Shown in pieces: positions 33,774-43,143 of a stretch of DNA of 64,000 bases (position 1 is its first letter; every line of letters begins with the position of its first letter). The position numbers and the translations under genes are program-made. Location: NCBI GenBank assembly GCA_040285825.1, contig JAUPSS010000008.1, forward strand, positions 682,001 to 746,000, read 5' to 3'. The DNA is from Eukaryota sp. TZLM1-RC. Lineage: Eukaryota > Protista > Metamonada: BaSk clade. The notes beneath the pieces were generated by a model, which did no database searches, had not been told where the DNA came from, and worked only from the letters and a program-made list of their open reading frames with translations.

Positions 33774-34325
33774 ATGGCTCCTTTTGCCTTGTCCATCTCT
33801 GGCCAAATACTCACAGGTACTATACACACTCATGACCATTTGACTGTCAAGTATGAATGGCACTACAATAAATCACACTGGACTTATGTATGTGGTCAAA
33901 CAGATGGTATTTCTCATTGCTGTACAAAATCTCCTTCTCCTGACGGTATTTCTACAGCCACCTGGTCCCTCCCTTTAAACCTTACACTTTCTTCCTCCAA
34001 CATTCATGGATGGCCAAGACTGGTACTCACAATCTATGCCAAGGACTGGCTGGGTAGAGATGTCGTCATGGGGTATGGCTCAGTGATTGTACCCCTTAAA
34101 CATGGACCATCTTTCATTCAATGTCCTATATACAGACCTGAAGCTACCTCCATGCTAGAGGGACTAATTTGTTGGGCTTCCGGGTCATTACCCCACTTCG
34201 CTGACCCCTTGTTACCTGCAAAGAATGACCATAGGGATCTGGTTAGGACCTGCAGTTCTGGTTTCGTTGGTATTAAGGTTAATATAATTTCAAAGGGGCT
34301 TTTGGATAGTGGGCTTGTATTTTAA
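33774..34325 (+). CDS. B9D1: B9 domain ciliary transition-zone protein
   Basis: WSLPLNLTLSSSNIHGWPRLVL..Y.KD.LGRDVVMGYG..VP..G; C-terminal RDLVRTCSSGFV. Confidence 0.85.
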   Translation: MAPFALSISGQILTGTIHTHDHLTVKYEWHYNKSHWTYVCGQTDGISHCCTKSPSPDGISTATWSLPLNLTLSSSNIHGWPRLVLTIYAKDWLGRDVVMGYGSVIVPLKHGPSFIQCPIYRPEATSMLEGLICWASGSLPHFADPLLPAKNDHRDLVRTCSSGFVGIKVNIISKGLLDSGLVF

Positions 34326-34589
34326 GCTGTTTAAGTTAGTTTGGGTTATGGCTTTGTTGTTTGCTGGTAATTTAATAATTATTTAAATTTATCTTTAACA
34401 TTTGTAAATATAATTTCTAATTCGTTTACTACTCAATAAGTTTTTGTCAGTTTTTTAACAATTCATTTGTTTAATTAATAATTTGTACAATGATACGTAA
34501 TAAAGATAATAAAATTAATTTATCAAATGCAGAAAAATATTTTTATCAGTTGTAAATTCTGTTCCAAGAACATTAAAGACTATAAAAGA

Positions 34590-36440
34590 CTAATTAACCC
34601 TTTTCTTTGGTTTTTCGTCACCTCTTTTTCTTTTCCTTGACTTAATGCTTCGTTGCTCAAATATATCTCGTATTTGATCATCTATTGTTGCTTTCTTGCT
34701 GATAGAGGCCATCCATGCATGCTCACCTTGCTTGAATTTGGCCAAGGCGAGCTTATCGTATATAATAGAACCAATTCTATCTGCAACTAAGCGTTGATCA
34801 TATTCAAGTAACTGAGAGCATATTCTTTTCTTCTCATTGACACTGGCTAATTCATAGAGAGCTTGAACTGTAAAAGAACCTTTAGTATCAATTGAGAGAT
34901 GGAATATGGCTGGTAAAAACTTGGTTAAAAACTTTGTGTGATAAGAATAATTGGTAGACTTGAATAATTTCTTAATTAATTCGGGGGAATTTTTGGTACA
35001 TGCTAGGATATTAAAAAATTTGAAATCAGTACCAAGTAATGCACCGTAAAACCATTTTCCATGTTCAAGAGGGATAGAGGCCAAGGAAAGGAGAAAATTG
35101 AACAAAGTTTCTGGAATATCATGTGGTAACTCATAGTCAAAATATTTGAAAATGGTGGACAAAATATCCTGTCCGTTTGATTTAAAATGAGACTTCAAGG
35201 TTTTTGATAACTTTCTTGAGCAATCAAGAGTAACAGCCAACTCAATTACTGACGGAATCACTTTTAATTGCGAATTTGACAGTTGTGAAGAATTCTCAAT
35301 CAATTTGATTGTTTTTTTGATTAGTAATTGACAGGTGTTATAAAGATCTACATGCTCAATTTCGATTCCTGATAAGCGAGAACTAATCGAATTAATTAAG
35401 GAAACAATAAATAAAGAGTAGGCTCCCTCATTGAAAAAATCTTCAAAGTAATTCACAACCAAAGTGAGATAGACGTTCAAAACGCACTGATCTTGACATT
35501 TTTCAAGACAAGATTCCAAAAACATCCTGCCGAATGGTTCAGCATTATTCAGGATATCATCAATGTATTCATCGCGAACTAGAATCGTCAAAATATTAGA
35601 AATAATGTAGGTTTTAGAAAAAAACTGCAATACTTCTTGTAAAACAAAAGAACCAAAACAATGCTTTGCTACCAAGGACAGGGCAGTTTCGTTCACAACA
35701 ATGGCTTGCTGGTTGAAGTTGATCACAGTCTCTCGAAGTCTCAATACTTCTTCCTTAGTCAAAGCCTCGGTATTGAATGATTCAATGACTGCAATGCCGG
35801 TACATTTAATTAATAAGAGTAATTCTCTTTTGACTTTGGGACCAACCAAGTCTTGGTCTGCCTTATCTTCCATGAAAGCTGCGTGGAAGTGGGAAGGTTT
35901 TCTCCCTCCAATGCTCACTCTTACAATGGAGTTTATATTACCAGGAATGGTAATTTTTGATGACAGGATGGAGCAAATGGATTTGATAACGTGTGATGCA
36001 AACCGATTGCGAAAGTAGAAACGGCAATTGACCAGGATATAGGTAAAGATCTCAGTCAAGAGGGCTGAGATTGACGGTACAGACTGGTCTTCTACATCTG
36101 AGGAAGAGAGAGCAAACAAGGTGGAGAGTAGGGTTTGCATGAAATAGGAGCCTGCCTTATCAACAACAATGGTATCAAACTTGTGAAGAATTGAGTTGGT
36201 AAAGGTACGGAGCTGTAAATGTGTTGTGTATTTTATAATGGTTTCTAAGTAAGGTGATGCAAATACATTGGTGACTAAGAAGACTTCATTGGATGCTATT
36301 TCAGTAAAAATAGAGCTAACAAAGGGTGGTATTTCAGTCGGAGGAACGGTATTTTTGGAAAGGTTGTCAGCTGCTTGCTTTAGGAACTGTTTGGTATGTT
36401 GATCTACCTTACGACCCCGACTCGATGAGTTGGAGTCCAT
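34590..36440 (-). CDS. NOP9: Nucleolar protein 9 (Pumilio-like repeats)
   Basis: ASPYLE, GSYFMQTL, ASHVIKS, GSFTVQ repeats; KKRICSQLL..L..D..GS.I..KLALAKFKQGEHAW. Confidence 0.8.
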   Translation of the reverse strand: MDSNSSSRGRKVDQHTKQFLKQAADNLSKNTVPPTEIPPFVSSIFTEIASNEVFLVTNVFASPYLETIIKYTTHLQLRTFTNSILHKFDTIVVDKAGSYFMQTLLSTLFALSSSDVEDQSVPSISALLTEIFTYILVNCRFYFRNRFASHVIKSICSILSSKITIPGNINSIVRVSIGGRKPSHFHAAFMEDKADQDLVGPKVKRELLLLIKCTGIAVIESFNTEALTKEEVLRLRETVINFNQQAIVVNETALSLVAKHCFGSFVLQEVLQFFSKTYIISNILTILVRDEYIDDILNNAEPFGRMFLESCLEKCQDQCVLNVYLTLVVNYFEDFFNEGAYSLFIVSLINSISSRLSGIEIEHVDLYNTCQLLIKKTIKLIENSSQLSNSQLKVIPSVIELAVTLDCSRKLSKTLKSHFKSNGQDILSTIFKYFDYELPHDIPETLFNFLLSLASIPLEHGKWFYGALLGTDFKFFNILACTKNSPELIKKLFKSTNYSYHTKFLTKFLPAIFHLSIDTKGSFTVQALYELASVNEKKRICSQLLEYDQRLVADRIGSIIYDKLALAKFKQGEHAWMASISKKATIDDQIRDIFEQRSIKSRKRKRGDEKPKKRVN

Positions 36441-36684
36441 TGAAGCTGATAATAATTAATAAAAATGAATTTTGGTTATGAGGGACAAGCATGTTTTTAC
36501 TTCAGCAAAGATGGACACTATTGTTACGTTTTAATCATAAGTCAGGTATACAATTGAAGGAGAATGAAGAAATGGATACTAATTTCTTGATCAAATGAAC
36601 AAATAAGAAATACATTTATAAAGAATAAATAAAATATACAAAAAAGCAAGTAAAAACTATCCTGAAACTGTCCTTGGCTTGAAC

Positions 36685-39348
36685 CTAATTGGTGAATCCC
36701 ATCATTTCGTCAAGCAAAAGATGTGCTTTGTGGTCCTTTGCAGTAATTCTACTTTTGACATTTTCCAATCTTGTTACATCTTTAATACTACTTAAACACT
36801 GTCTAGCTGAATCATATCTTTTACACCTCAAAAACATCTCAACCCGATCGATCGGATCTGGAATTCTTTGAATATACTTGACAGCTTCATCAAGTACTTG
36901 ATTTTGAATACAAACTTCGGCAAAGGGAACAAAACCAATAGCTGGTTTGCCTCTGCATACATTAAAAGCTAAATCAGAAAGACTTGACCAATTATTTTGT
37001 TGAGAGTAGGTACGAAGTCTCCACCACAAAAACTTCTTATCATTCACATCAAAAAGCTTGGTTAAAGTTTTACAAGCCGAAGAATTGTGTAGTCTAACAT
37101 GATTTTGGGCAGCTTTCGACACTGTGGACTCGCCTGAGAGCAACTCTGAATGCGTGAATAGCTTTACCATATCAACAATTACTTTACAATTGAAATCAAA
37201 AGTTGGTTTAACACTTGCAGGTAAATGTGGGAGAGCTGAGGAAAGCAAAACATTAGCTGAAGAGAGCAGATGTGTACGCTCATCTAATTCAGGTTGGAAA
37301 AAAGACTTTAGAACAAGGAAAAGTGCTGCCTGCTCGGGTTGGCCTTGGTCCAAAAATGATTCCTTGAGATCAAAATTAGATAAAAAGTCAACAAAAGTCT
37401 CTTCATTGTACCTTGACCCCGCTTGACTCATCATAATGTCCTTAAATAATGACCCAAACAACTGAGCTGCTAAAGGAAATTCACGGAGCAAGTTTGGCAA
37501 TTTTAAGGGCCTACCTTGTCGATTTAAACCCACATCTAGCTCCATGACAGTCAATATCACGTTATAAATCAAATCCACATCGGCACATCGACATGCAACT
37601 TCGCAAGCCAGATCCTCTCGATTCATTTCTAGTAAACATGAAACTTGAAGACTTGGACGTTCTTCGTGCTGGATGAGATCGATTGCAAGCTCTTGGTGAC
37701 CAAACTCAAAAGAAGCCTTTGCTATTGGTGCTAGGGAAATGCCAGGACATTTGTTATTGATATGCTCCCTTATATATCTTGACAAAGTAATAAAAGCCAC
37801 CTTGTTGCTAAATTCTTTTACCTGGTGAACTGCCCAGCTTGTCAAGACGTGCTGAGCTTCTTCCTTCCCCAGCTCTAAGTGTTGGACGACTGTGTTTGCT
37901 AAGGCAAAAAGCTTTCTGAAACATAGTCTTTTGATCAAAATTGATTCAGATAATTGATTGAATTGAGTTAGAGTCAGATTCATTCCAGTGTGATTTGCGC
38001 TTCTTAAATGGTTAAGCACCTTCAACTTTGCACACGTGTCAACAAACTTGCAAGAGTCCACGGCTTGTTTCCTTGTTGGCAAGAACAACAACCCAAAATG
38101 AGCAGCTCGTAGTAAGAGCTTTTGCCGAATGGGGCAAGTCTCGAATCCAGCTGAATCAATCAAATCATTTGCTGCTGATTCTAACCCCTCGTTACTGATA
38201 CACCTTAGCATCTCTTCACAGTCAACTTTATCGGACTCGAAGCTCTTGTAAGCCTCCAAAAGCAAAGACGAAGGAGCAACAGAACCGTATCTAAAAGCTT
38301 GTTCAACAAAACTGGGTACTCTTGCAATAAAATCAATCTGATTGGCAGAAAAGGCACGGATTCCGTCACATTCCGAACTAACCCCAACAGAAGAAAAGTA
38401 ATCAAATAAGTGAAAGACAGGATTACCATGGTGGGTGGCTACCAAAGCAACAGTACCATCCTCAAAAGAAATCACAACTGCATGATTACCACACCAAGAA
38501 ACAGAAATGACAGGGGAATCAATGGTTAAAAGATCACATAGGGACACCGAGAGCAAAAACTTTGAGAATTCGGTATTAGTGACCACAAGCCGGGAGTCTC
38601 TAGTGACAATGGCACACATAGATGAACTCGGGGCAACCGAACAATGTTCAATGACATCAGAGTTGACCATAGGGGCAATTGAACCAAGATGAGAGGTTCT
38701 GTCCAAGGCAGTGGTGTAGGACAGAGTGGAGAGAGTGGCGATGGAACCAGTGTCAGGACCAACAAGGAACGTAATCCCTTGAGAGGTGTGACCAAGAAAA
38801 CTAAAACAAGAAGGAGAGGAAATGAGCTGGGTGGAAGGTAGCTCCTGGAAGAGTCTTCCTTCAGGTTCTAGTGATGAAAACAAACCCCCATTGACTGTGC
38901 CATCGATGCTGTATGCCAATGCGGCAACACCGGTTTCCCAAACCACCGCATGGAGAATACCCTCACGAACCATGTTGTCAGGAAAGTGAAAAGAGTCGAC
39001 GAGTTCCCCAATAGTTGTGTAGAGACAGATGGATCCATGAGATGAAATGACAACAAGTCTCTCGTCCATGGTCCAGCCAATTGCACGAATGAGAGAAGGG
39101 TCCTGTTGATTGTAGATCGTTGTCATATATTCGCCAGAGCCAGAGTAGATCTTAACTTCTCCGTTACCAACACCAGGGGCGACAGATAAAGCTGTAGGAT
39201 CTCTACAAATTGCTATGGCACCTCCACAAGGAGCGACAGATACAAGACACTCATTGAAGTTGATGGTGCTCCAATGATTAGGGGTGTAAAGCTTAACTTT
39301 TGTGTAATACTTGTCTCCAAGTGGAGACCAGCTGCTGATGCTTGTCAT
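36685..39348 (-). CDS. VPS16: Vacuolar protein sorting 16 (HOPS/CORVET)
   Basis: WSPLGDKYYTK..LY, VAPCGGAIA, ECDGIR, QKLLLRAAHFG, FDVNDKKFLWWRL, IGFVPFAEVC. Confidence 0.95.
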   Translation of the reverse strand: MTSISSWSPLGDKYYTKVKLYTPNHWSTINFNECLVSVAPCGGAIAICRDPTALSVAPGVGNGEVKIYSGSGEYMTTIYNQQDPSLIRAIGWTMDERLVVISSHGSICLYTTIGELVDSFHFPDNMVREGILHAVVWETGVAALAYSIDGTVNGGLFSSLEPEGRLFQELPSTQLISSPSCFSFLGHTSQGITFLVGPDTGSIATLSTLSYTTALDRTSHLGSIAPMVNSDVIEHCSVAPSSSMCAIVTRDSRLVVTNTEFSKFLLSVSLCDLLTIDSPVISVSWCGNHAVVISFEDGTVALVATHHGNPVFHLFDYFSSVGVSSECDGIRAFSANQIDFIARVPSFVEQAFRYGSVAPSSLLLEAYKSFESDKVDCEEMLRCISNEGLESAANDLIDSAGFETCPIRQKLLLRAAHFGLLFLPTRKQAVDSCKFVDTCAKLKVLNHLRSANHTGMNLTLTQFNQLSESILIKRLCFRKLFALANTVVQHLELGKEEAQHVLTSWAVHQVKEFSNKVAFITLSRYIREHINNKCPGISLAPIAKASFEFGHQELAIDLIQHEERPSLQVSCLLEMNREDLACEVACRCADVDLIYNVILTVMELDVGLNRQGRPLKLPNLLREFPLAAQLFGSLFKDIMMSQAGSRYNEETFVDFLSNFDLKESFLDQGQPEQAALFLVLKSFFQPELDERTHLLSSANVLLSSALPHLPASVKPTFDFNCKVIVDMVKLFTHSELLSGESTVSKAAQNHVRLHNSSACKTLTKLFDVNDKKFLWWRLRTYSQQNNWSSLSDLAFNVCRGKPAIGFVPFAEVCIQNQVLDEAVKYIQRIPDPIDRVEMFLRCKRYDSARQCLSSIKDVTRLENVKSRITAKDHKAHLLLDEMMGFTN

Positions 39349-39367
39349 CGTTGAAGATATTGACTAA

Positions 39368-39635
39368 AAGTCTCCTATTTACACCGAAGTGGAGGGACTT
39401 AGGGTGAATTTCACTTATAATACATTCCCCTGTGAAATTCACTCCTGTTTTCAACTTTCTCAATGTCTACTCACAGGGTGTAAGAGACATCTAGCATCAT
39501 TTGACAAAGACAATCATGATCTTCGTCAAAGGGCTACCTCTCTTAAATACACCTACTGCATTCACAGAACAAAGCCTTGCGACTTGATGTATCTAAGTGG
39601 ATCTACCAAAATCTACTAAGGCATTTGTAGATCGG
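39368..39635 (-). ncRNA. Candidate structured RNA (Fanzor omegaRNA-like right end)
   Basis: Five to six consecutive stem-loops with GCAA and C(UUCG)G tetraloops; G-U pairs form only on the minus strand; lies downstream of and co-oriented with a Fanzor C-terminus. Confidence 0.55.
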
Positions 39636-39722
39636 TCTCAAGTGTTTTTCAAAAAAATTAAAACTCAAAATAAAATATCAGTTTTTCAAAAGTTTTTGTT
39701 TCTGAATGCTCAGGTTCCCCGT

Positions 39723-40112
39723 TCATTTCCTCAGCAGAGCATCTGGGCAAATGTATCTTTCCGGCCACAAGTCCGCTTTCTTCTTAATTTGAATATTTTT
39801 TGCAGCGGAAATATTTCTGTCATATACCATTTGACACTCAGTACGAATACGCATCTGCCATGAGCCTGCTTGAATATTCTCGGCCATGCAACAACTGGAC
39901 AGTTTGCTTGTATTAAATTCACTGATTGACAAATGCTTCACGTCCTTTTGATACCACAACCATCTTCTGAAAGCCCTTGCTGATGCATATCGATTGAGTT
40001 TTCGGCAATGAGAAGGGAAATTAGCAGAACCCACAGCAAGGTAGAGTTTTCAGGATGTCCAGCCGGCCTTTGAAATTTATTGAGACTCTCTCGAAACCGT
40101 CTCAAAACCGTC
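39723..40112 (-). pseudogene. Fanzor/TnpB-like RNA-guided nuclease, C-terminal remnant (lineage 1)
   Basis: LAVGSANF...SISEFNTSKLSSCC...RTECQMVYDRNISAAKNI = RuvC-II E, zinc finger and RuvC-III (D>N); truncated by a retroelement at ~40113. Confidence 0.85.
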
Positions 40113-40385
40113 GCAATTTCTCTTTTTGGCAATATTGGACCTTCAGGGTTGCACTTTTTTGAAAATTTGAAAAAAGTGTTACTAAATAGGTCTAGTAAAA
40201 CAATAAATTCCACTTTCTGGTTAAATAGAATTGTTTTTTGCATTTTCAAGTCTATTCCAACAATGATTTCAAAGGCACTTTTAGCTATTGGTGTAGAATA
40301 TGAACGTAATGCTGTGAGTAGGTTTAATAATAGTGAAGCTTGTTTGGAGGATATTGAATTCTAGATGGTTTTTTTATCTCAATAA
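40113..40385 (+). mobile_element. 5'-truncated subfamily D non-LTR fragment
   Basis: ISLFGNIGPSG..FWLNRIVF..CLEDIEF, followed by AATAAA. Confidence 0.85.
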
Positions 40386-40424
40386 ATATTCCAATTTTTT
40401 TAAAAACAAAGGGGGGGATTCTTT

Positions 40425-42195
40425 TCCTTTTTTCAGTTTGTGAAAATAAGTCATCAGATTCTTCACTTTTTGTAACCATTGTACCACGAAGATTTAAATT
40501 GTGTGCCACTAATGATGCATTTGTAACAAAAATGAGATTATATTTGAATATCCCCATTAATCAATTATTATTAAAAGAAAAATGTATTTGTTCGAATTCA
40601 TCTTTTTTTATTCGATGAGATTTATTTTGAACGCTAACATAACATAAAACAAAAACCAGAACTCAATATCCTCAATACACGCATCAACATCATCAAATCT
40701 CTTAAGCGCGCGATTTTCATACTCTATTCCTAATTGTAACAGTGCTTTGGTCAACATTTCTGGAATTGCTTTAAGAATACTGAAAACAATTCTATTGTGC
40801 CAGAAATTGAAGTTCAATTCTTTTCCAGCTCCTTCTTTTATTAAACTTCTGAAACCTTCAAGAAATTTAATGCCAGATATTCCAATGTTACCAAAAAGAG
40901 AAACAGCAAATGGAACCAACTGATACTTGACATGCTCAACACGTCCTAGCTGAGATAAGGGTTCATTGTACTTTTTGATTTTGCTCTTTTCAGCAAAGCA
41001 AAGTGGAGTTTCATCTCTTTTAGCAAAATCAATTGCTGAGTCTTTACAAACATCAACAGTGACAACATCAACAACTTTAATAACACCATCAGACGCAGGG
41101 GTAATTAAATCAGCACGGCGTTTCCCGAAAGTATTTTCATCTTCATTTTCAGATGACAACCTTCGCACAAGTGGTTCAACAAAAGCTTCAATGTGATGAC
41201 TTTTGCACATAGCGTATAGTTGGTCTCTAACAGCATCGTGAACAACTGAGCGATATGTAATATTAAATTTGCAATTAAATAAATGATTCAGATTAATGAG
41301 CTGCCCACAACGACAAATCAAATCATTTGGCACACTACATGGCCACAGAAAACACCTCATCGTGAAGGCAGTTGTCCATTGATGATCATTTAATAATAGA
41401 CCATATACATTTGGAATCTGGGAAATAAGACAACTTGTGCTACTATCCTTGAGGTCAATTAAAAAGTTTGCAAAAACGGGATTCTTTTCTTTAGCCAAGC
41501 TAAGACGAACATCGAATTCATCTCAACTCACTTTGCGCCATGCTCTGAATTGTTCTAAATTGATAACTTATCGTTCTTCATTACATGATGCTGTTAAAGA
41601 CAATGTTTATAATATGGCACAAACTGCAAGAATATCGTGTATCAAAGAGCCTCTGCTGAAGGAAACACTGTCTCTGAATATTTTTGGTTCTGATGATAGA
41701 GGTGATGTATACTGTGATTGGATTGATAATTCTGAAGCTATTGTTGACTTTGTCTCATGTAATGTTGCAAATGATACTTTGGTTCACAGAAGAAAACTCA
41801 ATCCTGAGAGTGCTTTTGATTTTTAAGCAAAAGAAAAACATAGAAAATATGATAAAAATATTGAAGAGGCTAATGCTGATAGAAATACACAGCTAGTTTT
41901 TATTGTTTTCCCATTTTCGATAAATGGATGATTATCAGATGAAGCAGAAATTCTTTTGAAGGACTTCCAAAAAATGGTTCAAGAAACAACAATGAAAAGA
42001 TTTGACATTTTTTTATGGCGTTCTTGGATTCAATTTGCCATTCTTAACAGATTACCTCGTTTTTTCAATCGAATAAGAGAAGCTTAAGCTAGACAGCAAA
42101 CAGATCAAGATTTTGTAGAGGAAATCTTGGTTCAATGATAGTCGTCCCATTAGTTATGAATTAATTTAATTAAGTGTGCATGTTCAATAAATATC
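40425..42195 (+). mobile_element. Subfamily C non-LTR 3' fragment interrupted by a subfamily B copy
   Basis: Aligns to 30430-31270; split at 40603/41512. Confidence 0.85.
40604..41511 (-). mobile_element. 5'-truncated subfamily B non-LTR copy with an intact REL-domain frame
   Basis: ORF 40608-41498 (CRC..H..C, HDAVRD, RADL..VD); T-run at 40604-40609; 12-bp TSD TCGAATTCATCT (40592-40603, 41512-41523). Confidence 0.9.
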
Positions 42196-43143
42196 TAATT
42201 TTCCTTAGCCAATCTAAGATGTACAAAAGAAAGGTGCTAAAGGTGTTATTCTAAATTTTTTCCGGCAATGCATATGAGAAAAAAGTGAGTAAATATTGTG
42301 AAATTTTAGGATTAAAGAGAAAAAGCTCACCAATTTCCTTTGATGAAAAGGTGATCTTATCACTTGAGATTAGTAAGGAAGCAGTGGAAATAAATTTTTG
42401 ACAAAGATTCAAAATAAAATTACATGCATTTAATAAAAAAATCTTTTTCTTGAATTATTAAAATGGAAATTGGTGTACCGTTCAAGAATAGAATCAACAA
42501 CTACTTGATCGGGTTGCTCACCTTCTGTTATTACACTAGCTTCTAGAGGTGCTGAGGGTTCATCTGGTATAAGGGACAGAACATAATTGGCAAAAAAAAT
42601 CCATTTATCCAGGCTCTACAATGAGTACGAATGAAGCTTTTAGTCCAGGGTTGACATATTGTAGGTAAACTTGTCTTAACTTTAGTTGCCAATTGACAAG
42701 CTTGACAAACAAGGTAAGGAGAAAGTCCTTTTCTATTAATAGAAATGCATCTTTGCCCCTGCAGCCACTCATTGAGAAAAATAGTGAATGAATTTCTATA
42801 GGGAACTAGATAATTTTCCCATGTAGAAACAAGAGCCCTGTCTTGTGGGCATTCATAATTCTTGTATCCAGCAAATAAACGTTGAAACACAAGAAAATGA
42901 TCAAGCAACTTAGACAGCAGCATCACATTGATAATGATCAAGAAACAAAATTCTTTCTTTTATAGTAATGATCACATTCCAACATTGGTGGAAATGATTG
43001 TAACACTTTTCCAAACAATATTTCAACAATCATAAATTTTTGAGGTCTTGACAACAGCTGTGAACCATGATGTCATACGAAGTAGCTTATTTGAGCTTGT
43101 TCAAAAGAGAAACTTTATTCACAGACTAATTTACTACAATAAA

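Noticed and set aside
42543-43050. Minus-strand ORF remnant
   Set aside because: No recognisable motif, multiple stops
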